Assembly (NCBI GenBank): GCA_038128265.1
Contig: JAYPJE010000042.1
Coordinates: 1 to 38,237, forward strand
Source of the DNA: Gemmatimonadota bacterium
GTDB lineage: Bacteria; Latescibacterota; UBA2968; UBA8231
DNA: 38,237 nucleotides
Reading direction: 5' to 3'
Every line of letters begins with the position of its first letter. Positions within the stretch are counted from its first letter, which is position 1. This document shows positions 25,357-35,417 of the stretch, one piece after another. Under the pieces are notes generated by a model. It ran no database searches. It saw only the letters and a list, made by a program, of their open reading frames with translations, and was not told where the DNA came from. Made by a program: the position numbers and the translations under genes.

Positions 25357-27336
25357 TTAGGGTGCGTTGCGAATAATCGAAAACGCGGTGCCGCCTTCGC
25401 GGTTCACTTCGACCCGTCCCTGTAGCTGCATGGCGAGCGTGTGCACCAGTTTTAAACCCAAGCTGTTCGTGGTTTTCTGGTCGACGTCTTCTTTCATGCC
25501 CACGCCATCGTCTCTCACCGTGAGCACAAAATCGTCTGCGCTGTGGCTTGTCAGCTCAACGGTTATACCGCCCGAGCGATTGTCTGGAAAGGCGTACTTG
25601 AGGGCATTGGACACCAATTCGTTGATGATCAGGCCCATGGGAATGGCTCTCTCTAGCGTGAGCGGCTGTGCGTTGACGCGGATTTCTAGCGAGACCCCAA
25701 CGGGGCTGTAGGTCCTCATGAGATTGTTGGTCAAATTATGGGCATAGGTCGAAAAGTCGATGCGCGCTAGGTCGCCCGAGTTGTAGAGTTCTTCGTGGAT
25801 CAGGGCCATAGAGTTGATCCGGTGCTGGCTGTCTTCAAAGACGTTGCGCAATTCGCTGGGCAGGCGACGGCTCTGCAGGTCGAGCAGGCTCGAGATGACC
25901 TGCAGGTTGTTCTTGACGCGGTGATGAATCTCTTTGAGTAGCACCTCTTTTTCGGCCAGCGATGCCTTGATGGTGTCTTCGGCCCGCTTGCGATCGTCGA
26001 CGTCCTGCACCACGATTTGTATCAGGCTCGGTCGGTTGATTTGCGCATCGCCGTCTGTTTCGAAGATGGGAAAGGACGAGGCGCTCGCCCAGCGGTAGGT
26101 CCCATCCCGATTGAGCCAGCGATACTCTACGCTATCGCTGGGCACGTGCGACGTAAGCAGGTGCGTCGCCGCCTCCTTATCGTCTTCATGAACGATGTTG
26201 AGCAAATGGGTGGGATCGTCGTAAAAGTCCTGTGGTGCATAGCCGAGCCACGGGTCGATTTGCGGGCTCACATAGATGAAGTTGCCCGCCGTATCCAACA
26301 GCAGGATCAGCAGGTTCGGTGTTTCAACAATGCGGCGATAGCGCTGTTCGGAAAGCGTCAGGTCGACTAAGTCTTCCACGCGGCGAAAGCCATCCGATAG
26401 CACGCTCGACAGCTCGTCAATAAAGTCGAGGTCGCGCGCCGAAAAAGGCGTATCGCAGGTCGTAATAGTGAGAACGCCGTGCGAGAAGGGGACGTCGATA
26501 ATCGACTCTATGGGTCCGTATAGCTCGGCCAGTGTCTGTCGGTTTTGCTCGGAGTCCTCTGTGTTCAGCGAGGAAATGTGAACCGCACGGCCGCGCTGCC
26601 ACGTGTCAATAATCGTTTCGGCCAGGCTTTGGGCATCGCCGACCATCCACTGCGCTTTGCGCTCGACGTGCTCGCTCCCGTACGTGCTGTAGAACTGCAC
26701 CGTTGGCGGCTCGTCCATATTGATTACGGATACGCCGAACTCGGCATAGGGTAGGTCTATTGTCTGCAGTGCGCTGCGTATGCCCTCGAGGACGATGTGA
26801 ATATCGTCTGCCCGCGCCATACTCCAAATGGCCCGGTCTAGCTGGCTGAGCGCATGGCGCTTGGTTTCGTTGTACTTGCGCGCCGTCACGTCGCGGACAA
26901 CGCCGTGCGTGCCGATAAAATTATCGTCTTGATATAGCCCGCTGGAGCTCAGAGCAAAATGGCGAATGTCCATTTCGACGTCGCGCACCTTGCCGCTGCG
27001 CGACGCCAGACGGACTTCCAATCGATGGGTGGCCCGCTGGCCCGTGCGGCGTTCGGCAAACGAGTAGCCGAGCGAATCGACGTCGTCGGGGTGCATGACC
27101 TCAGAAAAGTGCTTGCCTAGTATTTCCTCTGGGCTATAGCCGAGCAGGTGCTCCACTTCGCGGTTGGCAAAAATGAAGCGACCTTCCTTGTCGAGCACGT
27201 AGATAAAGTCAGAAGCCCCTTCGATAAGCGCTCTATACTTGGCATCGGAAAAGGCCTGGGGATTCTCTGCGTCGGTCGACGAGTCCGGTGCGATGTCTTC
27301 TGGCGATTGGTCGGGTATCTCGTTGTCGCTTTCCAT
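25357..27336 (-). CDS. Cytoplasmic PAS/GAF-like/PAS sensor histidine kinase (HisKA_2 type)
   Basis: Two PAS domains (LLGYSPEEILGK..HPDD; WLGYAP..HEDD), LLKEIHHRVKNNLQVISSLL, NELVSNALKYAF, VRDDGVG, SLGLKLV; no TM segment. Confidence 0.93.
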   Translation of the reverse strand: MESDNEIPDQSPEDIAPDSSTDAENPQAFSDAKYRALIEGASDFIYVLDKEGRFIFANREVEHLLGYSPEEILGKHFSEVMHPDDVDSLGYSFAERRTGQRATHRLEVRLASRSGKVRDVEMDIRHFALSSSGLYQDDNFIGTHGVVRDVTARKYNETKRHALSQLDRAIWSMARADDIHIVLEGIRSALQTIDLPYAEFGVSVINMDEPPTVQFYSTYGSEHVERKAQWMVGDAQSLAETIIDTWQRGRAVHISSLNTEDSEQNRQTLAELYGPIESIIDVPFSHGVLTITTCDTPFSARDLDFIDELSSVLSDGFRRVEDLVDLTLSEQRYRRIVETPNLLILLLDTAGNFIYVSPQIDPWLGYAPQDFYDDPTHLLNIVHEDDKEAATHLLTSHVPSDSVEYRWLNRDGTYRWASASSFPIFETDGDAQINRPSLIQIVVQDVDDRKRAEDTIKASLAEKEVLLKEIHHRVKNNLQVISSLLDLQSRRLPSELRNVFEDSQHRINSMALIHEELYNSGDLARIDFSTYAHNLTNNLMRTYSPVGVSLEIRVNAQPLTLERAIPMGLIINELVSNALKYAFPDNRSGGITVELTSHSADDFVLTVRDDGVGMKEDVDQKTTNSLGLKLVHTLAMQLQGRVEVNREGGTAFSIIRNAP

Positions 27337-27346
27337 TGTGGCTCGA

Positions 27347-29305
27347 TTAGAGAGTGATCGCGCGGCGTGGACCTATGGTGTCCACGGGGATGCGTTTAAA
27401 GCCTAGCTCGTAGGCCGGCGAATCGACGCGGAGCTGGAAGTCCATGCCGTCTGCGTCGACGAAAAGCGGATCTTCGTCAACCATATTGTTCTGCACGGCG
27501 ACCGTTCTGGGGTCGGCGTGCCAGCGAATGTCCAACCAGGGGCCGCGGCAAATGTTGCGCACGACGAGGTTGCCCTCCGGCGGAATGCCCTTGCCCTCCG
27601 CATAGTAGGGATCGAGTTGGCGCAAATCCGGATAGCGGGTGCCATAGGGTGGACTGTGGTGGTCAACGGCATCGAGGCGCTCTTTCATCGTGCGATCGAC
27701 CATCGTGCGCCAGACCGGGCTGGGATCAAGTCCGCGCCCGTCTATGTGCACGGCCGGGTCGCAGTCGACAAAGATGTTGTTCTCCACCCGGTTGTTACGA
27801 CCGCCGCCGATCATAACAGCGCGCGTGCACTGGTAGAATATATTACCGAAAATCGTGGTTGACGAGGCGCAATCGTCTAGGTAGATGGCCATTGAACCCA
27901 TGCCGACGCCCTGTGTATGGTGGAAGAAATTATGCCGCAGCACGTTGCCGCACTCGCTCCAGTCGCGCCCCATATAAAACGCACCGACGTCGCCGCTTTC
28001 TTGGCAGACGTGGTGGATGTGGTTGTACTCGATAATGTGCTCGTTGCCGTTGAGCAGAATACCGTTATGCGGTCCGTCGTGTATCAGATTGTGTTCGAGG
28101 CGCTGTCCCACGCCGTTGACGCGAATACCCGGCTGGTAGCAGCGCGACCATTCGCCCATATGGTGAACGTGGTTGTCGGCGGCGCGGTGGCGCCCCGGCT
28201 GCAGCGTCTGCCGGTCTCCGCCCGATAGGACAATGCCCGAATCACCGCAGTGGTGCACGTCGCAGCCGACGATTTCGCAGCGCTGTCCTCCCTCCACTTC
28301 GATGCCGTGATTGCCGACGTTGCGCACAGTGCAGTCGGCCATGACGATACATTCGCTTTCGGCAATGGATACACCGCTGCCGCGTCCATACTCGAGGGAG
28401 AACCCCTCGATGCGTATGTGTTGAGCGCCCTCGATGCGCAGAATGGGCTCTTCCAGGACAGAGACGGCAACCTCGGCTGTGTCGAGCGCTGCGGGAGGCC
28501 AGAAGTACAGCAGGCCTCGGCGTTTGTCGACGTAGTAGTCGCCGGGCTGTGCGAGCTCTTCCAACACGTTGAGAAAGTAGAACCGCGCGCCGGTGCGAAA
28601 GCCGTACAGGCCATGGGGCGGTCGGGTGCGAATCAGTCCGCTTTCCGGGTCGCGCGATGCGATGGCCTCGTAGGAATTGGCCCAGTCCCAGCCCCAATAG
28701 CCGTGCATCCAAACGTCGTCGAGGTCCTGCCAGCGGTCGAGCCGCCGATCGGCGAAGTAGAAACCGGCCTGCAGGTCGCCCAGCTGGCCGCCGTGTTCGT
28801 CGTCGCAGGGAGCGGCCGGCCGGTCAATTTGTGCCCATCCAGCGCTGGGCCAGCGCGCCAGCTGCATGCGCTGGCCGTCGAAGAATAGCTCCATATGGGC
28901 GGGCGTGATGGGGCGGCTGAAACCGCGCGATCGCAGCTGGCCGACGTCGCTAATGCCGTGCGCGCCCAGGTCAAATTGGACGGCGTGTGCCCGTGCTGCT
29001 GCCGGCAATCGACTCAGCGTGTGCTCGTCTTCAATTGCGGTGAAGGCGGATAGGATTTTTCCTCCGAGCATGCGTGTGGCGCCGGGTTTGGCGGCACAGT
29101 AGGTAATGGGAGCCGCGGCCGTGCCCGAGTCTGCAGTGCCGAGCACCAAGCCTTGTTCCATTGCGAAAGGGCCCCCGTCGACGACGACGCGGGCTGGCAC
29201 CCGGTTGCTTATCGAACGCAGATGGTCGCGTGCCGCTTCCAGCGTAGGGAAGGCATCGCTCCCCGATCCAACGTGCAATTCTATGGGAACTGTGGCTTGG
29301 TCCAT
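27347..29305 (-). CDS. Right-handed parallel beta-helix protein (GH141-like carbohydrate-active enzyme)
   Basis: FPTLEAARD, LARWP, GYWGWDWA, NVLEELAQPGDYY, repeated N-x-I-H/G-I coils, DVGAFYMGRD, IYLDD, IGGGRNNRVENNIF. Confidence 0.82.
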   Translation of the reverse strand: MDQATVPIELHVGSGSDAFPTLEAARDHLRSISNRVPARVVVDGGPFAMEQGLVLGTADSGTAAAPITYCAAKPGATRMLGGKILSAFTAIEDEHTLSRLPAAARAHAVQFDLGAHGISDVGQLRSRGFSRPITPAHMELFFDGQRMQLARWPSAGWAQIDRPAAPCDDEHGGQLGDLQAGFYFADRRLDRWQDLDDVWMHGYWGWDWANSYEAIASRDPESGLIRTRPPHGLYGFRTGARFYFLNVLEELAQPGDYYVDKRRGLLYFWPPAALDTAEVAVSVLEEPILRIEGAQHIRIEGFSLEYGRGSGVSIAESECIVMADCTVRNVGNHGIEVEGGQRCEIVGCDVHHCGDSGIVLSGGDRQTLQPGRHRAADNHVHHMGEWSRCYQPGIRVNGVGQRLEHNLIHDGPHNGILLNGNEHIIEYNHIHHVCQESGDVGAFYMGRDWSECGNVLRHNFFHHTQGVGMGSMAIYLDDCASSTTIFGNIFYQCTRAVMIGGGRNNRVENNIFVDCDPAVHIDGRGLDPSPVWRTMVDRTMKERLDAVDHHSPPYGTRYPDLRQLDPYYAEGKGIPPEGNLVVRNICRGPWLDIRWHADPRTVAVQNNMVDEDPLFVDADGMDFQLRVDSPAYELGFKRIPVDTIGPRRAITL

Positions 29306-29534
29306 GATCGTGTCGCGTATTATAGAAGTAGTGAATGGCCATTAAAATAAGCCAAAATCGCTCGCGAGAAAGCAAAATTTGTCTTTTTATTGAACTTTTC
29401 TACAAATTACACTGCATAGAAGTGAAAAGTCGTATAAACAGGCGCATATTGGCATCCGCGAAGCGCTCTATTGGTTTTTCCAACTAGATTGCATACTATA
29501 TCACGCGGTTTGTCCCTAAGCTTGAGGAACGCAC

Positions 29535-30878
29535 ATGACCCGCCTATTTACATACGGGTTGCCCTTCGGCAAAGCGCCGACGCTCATACTGGTTGTCACG
29601 GTGCTCGCCGGACTGTATCTGCTGCTACATCCGGTCGAACAGTCTACGGCGACGATGCGCCTGTGGACCTTTGCCAGCAACCACGCCACGCCCTATCAGA
29701 AGGCCATCCCCTCATTTGAGGCGGAGCATCCGGGCGTAGAGCTGGACGTGCAGCTCGTGCACGGTGACGCGGTTAACAGCCGGTTGCGCGCTGCGTTCTG
29801 GGCCGATCTCGACGTGCCCGATTTGGTCGAAGTGGAGATCAGCCGCGCCGGATCCTTTTTCCGCGGCCCGGCCGACGACGTCGGCTTTATCGACCTGATG
29901 CCTATCTTGCAGCGCACGGGCTATTACGAGCGCATCGTGCAAACGCGCTTTGCTCCCTATCGCAGCCGCGGGCGAATCTATGGTCTGCCGCACGACGTGC
30001 ATCCGGTGGTGTTGGCCTATCGCCGCGATTTGTTCGAGGCGTTGGGCATTGATGTGGAGCAAATAGAGACCTGGGAAGATTTTGTGCGCATTGGCCGCCA
30101 GGTCAGCGTGCCGGGCGAGCGCTATATGATCGAGCTGTCGGATAATAACGCCGGACATTTCGAGATGTTCCTCTTTCAGCGCGATGGGGGCTATTTTAAC
30201 GCTGAGGGCGAGCTGATTATGGACGACGAGGTGGCGCTAGAGACCCTGCTCTTCTTTATACCGCTCGTCGCTGGACCCGAGCGCATTGGCTCTGATTTGG
30301 GCTCGAGCCGCCTGTTTACGCAGGCCGTTGAGAGCGGCTACTTTCTCTCGTTTATTTGCCCCGATTGGCGCAGCAAGGGGACCGAGACCGACATTCCGCG
30401 CATGGGGGGCAAGATGGCGCTGATGCCGCTGCCGGCCGTAGAGGTAGGAGGACGGCGGACCAGCACGTGGGGCGGCACGATGCTGGGCATTACCAAGGCG
30501 TGCCCCGATCCCGAACTGGCCTGGAAGGTGGCCGAGCACATGTACTTCAACAAGGCTGAGCTGGCCGAGCGTTTTCGCGAAACCAATATATTGCCGCCGC
30601 TCAAAGACGCCTGGGAGCATCCGGCCTTTGACGAGCCGCGCCCCTATTGGTCCGGGCAAAAACTGGGGCGAATCTACGCCGATTTGGCCGACGACGTGCC
30701 GCCGCAGTACGCCAGCCCGTTTATCGAAACGGCCAAGAGCAAAATGGCCGGCGTTATCTCCGCCTGTGCCGCCTACTACCGCGCGAACGGCGACAAGGGC
30801 TTTGAGGAATTTGCGCGCCAGCGCCTGCGCGGTGCCGCCGAAGAAGTGCGCCGCTATATCGGGAGGAATCCCTATTGA
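29535..30878 (+). CDS. Carbohydrate ABC transporter substrate-binding protein
   Basis: N-terminal hydrophobic anchor; PDLVEVE, YGLPHD, LAYRRDLF, IETWEDF, WGGTMLGI. Confidence 0.9.
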   Translation: MTRLFTYGLPFGKAPTLILVVTVLAGLYLLLHPVEQSTATMRLWTFASNHATPYQKAIPSFEAEHPGVELDVQLVHGDAVNSRLRAAFWADLDVPDLVEVEISRAGSFFRGPADDVGFIDLMPILQRTGYYERIVQTRFAPYRSRGRIYGLPHDVHPVVLAYRRDLFEALGIDVEQIETWEDFVRIGRQVSVPGERYMIELSDNNAGHFEMFLFQRDGGYFNAEGELIMDDEVALETLLFFIPLVAGPERIGSDLGSSRLFTQAVESGYFLSFICPDWRSKGTETDIPRMGGKMALMPLPAVEVGGRRTSTWGGTMLGITKACPDPELAWKVAEHMYFNKAELAERFRETNILPPLKDAWEHPAFDEPRPYWSGQKLGRIYADLADDVPPQYASPFIETAKSKMAGVISACAAYYRANGDKGFEEFARQRLRGAAEEVRRYIGRNPY

Positions 30879-31774
30879 ACGCCCTCTTTTTTCGCCTGCA
30901 GCACCGCTATGCGCCCTATCTGTTCGTCGCCCCCTTTGTCGTGCTCTTTCTGACCTTTACGCTTTACCCAATTATCAAGAGCATCCTGCTATCGTTCTAC
31001 ATCACCAACGGTCCCAAGTCGCAGATTTTTGTCGGCTGGGACAACTTTCGCTTTCTGTGGGGCGATCCGGCCTTCCACAAGGCGGTCAAGAACACCTGCA
31101 TATACGCGCTGTGCTCGGTGTTTTTGCAGCTCCCGCTCAGCTTGGGATTGGCGCTGCTGCTCAACAGCCGCCTGGTGAAGGGGCGCGACTTTTTCCGCTT
31201 TAGCTTCTTTTCGCCCCATTTGGTCGGTCAGGTCTTTGTCGCCGTGCTCTTTTCGGTCGTGTTCATTCCCAAATTTGGCCTGCTCAACCGCGTGCTGCAC
31301 GCGCTGGTGGGGACGGCTATCGACACCAAGTGGTTGGGCAGTCCCGAGCTGGTGATGCCGGCGCTGGTGCTCACCTCGCTGTGGATGTACGTAGGTTTTA
31401 ATATGATCTACTTTCTCGCGGCGCTGCAGGCCGTCGACGGGGAGCTCTACGAGGCGGCACAGGTCGATGGGGCGGGGGCCTTCAAGCAGTTTGTGCACGT
31501 TACGCTGCCCGGTATTCGCTCGGTGGCCGTATTTGTCACGGTGCTCAGCACCATTGGTTCGTTCCAGCTGTTTGAGCTGCCCTACGTCATGTTGAGCAAC
31601 ACGGCCGGCCCCGACAACGCCGGGCTAACGGTGGTGATGTATCTGTTCCAAAACGGGTTTATTGCCGGTGATCTGGGCTATGCTTCGGCCATTGGTTGGA
31701 CGCTGACGATGGGCGTGCTGGTCATTTCGCTGGCACAGATGCGCCTGACGGGCACCTGGAAGAGGGAGTCGTAG
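30875..31774 (+). CDS. Carbohydrate ABC transporter permease (first subunit)
   Basis: PYLFVAP, FVGWDNF, EAA loop ELYEAAQVDGA, GYASAIGW; TTGA overlap with the binding-protein gene. Confidence 0.94.
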   Translation: MNALFFRLQHRYAPYLFVAPFVVLFLTFTLYPIIKSILLSFYITNGPKSQIFVGWDNFRFLWGDPAFHKAVKNTCIYALCSVFLQLPLSLGLALLLNSRLVKGRDFFRFSFFSPHLVGQVFVAVLFSVVFIPKFGLLNRVLHALVGTAIDTKWLGSPELVMPALVLTSLWMYVGFNMIYFLAALQAVDGELYEAAQVDGAGAFKQFVHVTLPGIRSVAVFVTVLSTIGSFQLFELPYVMLSNTAGPDNAGLTVVMYLFQNGFIAGDLGYASAIGWTLTMGVLVISLAQMRLTGTWKRES

Positions 31775-31775
31775 C

Positions 31776-32591
31776 ATGGGCTGGCAACGCGCTTCCCTCT
31801 ACGCGGCACTGGCGCTGTGTGCGGTCGTTATGCTGACGCCTATGGTTTGGCTGGTCGCCGCTGCCGTTAAAGGACCAGACGATCTTTTCCACTACCTATT
31901 TTTCGCTCCGCTATCGCGCTTTTCGCTCTATAACTTTCGCCAGCTGTTCGAACAGATTCCCTACGTTCGCTTTATGATAAACAGCCTTTTTGTCTCCGGC
32001 GCGACGGTGCTGGTGCAGCTGTTTTTTTCGTCGCTGGGTGGTTTTGCGCTGGCCAAGTACGAGTTTGGGGGCAAGCGCGTTATCATGGTGCTTATGCTGA
32101 CGACGATGATGATACCGGCGCAGGTCATGCTGGCGCCGATGTACGAGCTTATTTACGCCATGGGGCTGGTCGATTCCTATCTGGGGCTGATCGTTCCCGG
32201 TGCGGTGAGCGTTTTCGGCATGTTTCTCTTTCGCCAATCCATGCTCGACCTGCCCGACGATTTGCTGCAGGCTGGCCGCATTGACGGCTGCACCGAGCTG
32301 CGCCTCTACTGGGACGTCGTGCTGCCGGTGCAGCGCCCGATGATCGGCGCCTTTTGCCTGATCTCGTTCATGGGTTCGTGGAATAACTTTCTGTGGCCGC
32401 AAATTGTTCTGCACAGCCAGGAGCGCTTTACCCTGCCCATTGGCCTCAACCAGATGGTCGGCCTCTATGCGCAGGAATACGGCGCGATGATGGCCGGCAC
32501 GCTTCTTGCGGTACTGCCCGTCGTGCTGCTATTTTTTCTCCTGCAGAAAGAGTTTATCAGCGGTCTGACATCGGGAGCGATCAAGGGCTAA
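31776..32591 (+). CDS. Carbohydrate ABC transporter permease (second subunit)
   Basis: GFALAKYEF, MMIPAQV, LLQAGRIDG, WNNFLWP, LQKEFISGLTSGAIKG. Confidence 0.94.
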   Translation: MGWQRASLYAALALCAVVMLTPMVWLVAAAVKGPDDLFHYLFFAPLSRFSLYNFRQLFEQIPYVRFMINSLFVSGATVLVQLFFSSLGGFALAKYEFGGKRVIMVLMLTTMMIPAQVMLAPMYELIYAMGLVDSYLGLIVPGAVSVFGMFLFRQSMLDLPDDLLQAGRIDGCTELRLYWDVVLPVQRPMIGAFCLISFMGSWNNFLWPQIVLHSQERFTLPIGLNQMVGLYAQEYGAMMAGTLLAVLPVVLLFFLLQKEFISGLTSGAIKG

Positions 32592-32632
32592 GTGGGCGGT
32601 AAGGTGTATACCAGACGAGGGCAGGTGAGCGC

Positions 32633-33856
32633 ATGAGCCGCCTGCCCTTCTTCTATGGTTGGATCATGATGCCGGCCGTCATGCTCGTATCGATATGCAC
32701 GTCGCCGGGGCAGACCTTCGGCATTTCCGTTTTTAATCCTTATATACAGGAGGCGTTGGGCCTCTCTAGCTCGGAGCTGAGCGGTGCCTATATGTTGGGC
32801 ACGATGCTCGCTTCGCTGCCGCTGTTCTGGGTTGGTGCGTTAATGGACCGCCACGGTCCGCGCAAGGTGCTGATCGGCGTTGTCTTGCTCTTTGGAGCAA
32901 CCTGTATCGGCATGCGCTATGTGTCGGGGCTGTCCTCGCTCTTTGTCGCCTTTTTCTTCCTGCGCTTTCTCGGTCAGGGTTCCATGAGCATGCTGGCGCG
33001 CAATGCGCTGGCGATGTGGTTCGAGCGCCGCCTGGGCTTTGTTAGCGGTCTGTCTAACCTAGGCATGGCCGCCGCCGTCGGCGTGGTGCCGGCGCTGGGC
33101 TTTGCGCTGATTGATGCGTACGGGTGGCGCGGTGCTTACACGGTATTTGGTCTGGGTATATGGGCGCTTATCGTGCCCCTACTGGTCTTTGTATTCCGCG
33201 ATCGTCCGCAGGATATGGGGCAAGAGCTCGACGGGGGAAAAGGGGATGAGACGGCTGTTGTAGAGTCGGTAGATGAGCGCTCCTTCACGATGGATCAGGT
33301 GCTGCGTTCGCGCAGTTATTGGATTGCCGTGGCCTGTATGTCATCCTGGTCGATGAGTGGAACCGGTGCGCAGTTTCACGTGGTATCCATCTTTGCCGAG
33401 CGCGGGCTAGGCGCGGGCCCGGTCGCGGCCATGTTTTCGCTCTATGCAGCGGTGATCGCCTGCACTCGCTTGGTGGGTGGGGCACTGGCCGACAGAGTTC
33501 CGCTAAACGGGCTGACCGCCTTGTCCATGATCTGTCAGGGTGCGGGTTTGGCTGCGCTCGTCGCGGTTCCCGCGCCGCTGTTGCCCTATGTGTACTCCGT
33601 AGTCTTTGCCTCTGGCAGCGGTTTATTAATGGCCGTCAGCGAGACCATTTGGGTGCGTTATTACGGGCGGGCCCATCTGGGAAGAATCCGCGGGCTGGTA
33701 TCGACAATCGGCGTGGCCGCCTCGGGATTGGGCCCCTTTGTGATGGGGGTCGGCTACGACCTATTCGGCTCTTTTGCCCAGGTGCTGTGGTGCTGCGCGG
33801 GTCTATGCGTGCCTCTGGCACTGCTGGGACTGTGGGCGACGCCGCCGCGCGACTAA
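32633..33856 (+). CDS. MFS transporter
   Basis: FFYGW start, motif A GALMDRHGPRK and GALADR, WFERRLG, YYGRAHLGRIRG; about 12 TM. Confidence 0.93.
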   Translation: MSRLPFFYGWIMMPAVMLVSICTSPGQTFGISVFNPYIQEALGLSSSELSGAYMLGTMLASLPLFWVGALMDRHGPRKVLIGVVLLFGATCIGMRYVSGLSSLFVAFFFLRFLGQGSMSMLARNALAMWFERRLGFVSGLSNLGMAAAVGVVPALGFALIDAYGWRGAYTVFGLGIWALIVPLLVFVFRDRPQDMGQELDGGKGDETAVVESVDERSFTMDQVLRSRSYWIAVACMSSWSMSGTGAQFHVVSIFAERGLGAGPVAAMFSLYAAVIACTRLVGGALADRVPLNGLTALSMICQGAGLAALVAVPAPLLPYVYSVVFASGSGLLMAVSETIWVRYYGRAHLGRIRGLVSTIGVAASGLGPFVMGVGYDLFGSFAQVLWCCAGLCVPLALLGLWATPPRD

Positions 33857-33874
33857 AGGCTCCGTGCGCGGAAC

Positions 33875-35215
33875 TTAGCGCAGCAGGTCGTGTTCCTCTA
33901 GCGCGCCATTAGACCAGTCTTCCAGCACGCCGAGTTCACTCAGCAAATGTAGGATGGTGTAGCGGGCGCGAATATCTTTGCCGTGCCGCAGGGCGCAGCG
34001 CGCCCGCTCGGGAGCAACGCCCAGTTCGGCAAAAGTGGTCGGGGCGCCGGCGGCTGTGAGGTCGGCAACGATATCGGCCGCAGGGCGCAGGGTGGCTGCG
34101 AGTGCGGTGACGATGTCGTCCCAGTGCGTCTGCAGGTGCTGCAGGCGCTCGTCTAGTGCTGCGAGACTGGCATAGCCCTGTTCGGCGTGGGGCAAGACGG
34201 CAGGTGCTAGCCCCGCAAAGTGCGCTTCTACCGTGTGCCGATAGGTCGTCCAGGGCACGTGTGCGGCCATGCGCGCCGTCCGGTCGATGTGCGCCGGGTG
34301 CAGCGCGAGCAGCTTTTCGTAGAGCGCGGCCGTTGTCGCGGTGGCAACGCCAACCTGACAGCCGTGCAGGTCGTTGGGCTGGCCAAAGGCGTAGTGGGTC
34401 ATGTCAAAGTAGTGGCTAATCAAGTGCTCGCCGCCGCTAGAAGGGGCGGAGTTGCCGGCTACGGCCATGGAAAGGCCGGAGAGCAGTAGGCTGCCGGTTA
34501 GCCGGCCGATGGCTTCGGGTGCGCGCTGGGGAAGCTGGGCAGCCATGCCGTCGAGCAGCTCGGCGCTGGCATCGATGAGCTGCGCTGCTTGGGGCGAGTA
34601 GGGGGCGCCGGCTAGGTGGTGTGCCAGCAGCCAGTCGGCTTGGCTAACGGGTTTGGAAATCAGGTCGCCAAAGCCGGCGGCGATCATGCGGTGGGGCGCG
34701 TCGGCCAGCAGGTCGATATCTGCCAGCACCGCAACGGGGGGCGTGCAGGGTTGAGTGGTTTTAACGCCATCTTCGAGCAGGGCGGCTATGGCCGACGTGT
34801 AGCCGTTCATCGACGGAGCCGTTGCCACGGCGGCGTAGGGTATGCCAGCGCGGTGAGCCGCCATTTTAACCAGATCATTGATCGTGCCCGCACCCAGGGC
34901 GAGGGCGGCCGTCGAGCCGTCGAGGGCACTGCGCAGTGCTTCGACGGCCTCCATCGTTGGCGCGGGGCGTGCGGAGTCCAGCACGTGTAGCGCGTGGTGT
35001 ATGTCGGCGTTGCGCAGCTGGTTGGCCAGCTGCGGCCCGGCCAGAGCCCAGGTGGTGGCATCGGCTATCAGGTGCCAGCGACCGCTAGGCAGAGCGTTGC
35101 CAAGAACGCCGCCAGCCTGCGCCAGGGCCCCCTGGGCAACGCAGAAGGAGCGCGTGTGGATCGATGCCCTATGGGGTTGCAGTATATCGGTGAGGTCTAA
35201 AGAAAAACTGGGCAT
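33875..35215 (-). CDS. sn-glycerol-1-phosphate dehydrogenase-like protein (AraM/EgsA family, DHQS/Fe-ADH superfamily)
   Basis: GAGTINDLVK, TAPSMNGYTS, AGFGDLISK, SGGEHLISHYFDM, LHGCQVG, IRARYTIL. Start reassigned to ATG 35215. Confidence 0.82.
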   Translation of the reverse strand: MPSFSLDLTDILQPHRASIHTRSFCVAQGALAQAGGVLGNALPSGRWHLIADATTWALAGPQLANQLRNADIHHALHVLDSARPAPTMEAVEALRSALDGSTAALALGAGTINDLVKMAAHRAGIPYAAVATAPSMNGYTSAIAALLEDGVKTTQPCTPPVAVLADIDLLADAPHRMIAAGFGDLISKPVSQADWLLAHHLAGAPYSPQAAQLIDASAELLDGMAAQLPQRAPEAIGRLTGSLLLSGLSMAVAGNSAPSSGGEHLISHYFDMTHYAFGQPNDLHGCQVGVATATTAALYEKLLALHPAHIDRTARMAAHVPWTTYRHTVEAHFAGLAPAVLPHAEQGYASLAALDERLQHLQTHWDDIVTALAATLRPAADIVADLTAAGAPTTFAELGVAPERARCALRHGKDIRARYTILHLLSELGVLEDWSNGALEEHDLLR

Positions 35216-35417
35216 GCGCTTGCGCCGCGTGCAGTGCGTGGTCGCGTCCGTTGGGCGTGATTGGTCGAATATAGGCTGTAAAAGTAACGTCGGTGAGTGC
35301 GCATTCGGCAAGCGGCGCGTTGCGCCGGTTGTGCCGGGTCCAGATAGGGGCTGTGCGACGCGGTTGTCATTTTGTCTCTTGCGGCCTTTTTTAGTGGGCA
35401 AAACGGATGCGAGGGCG

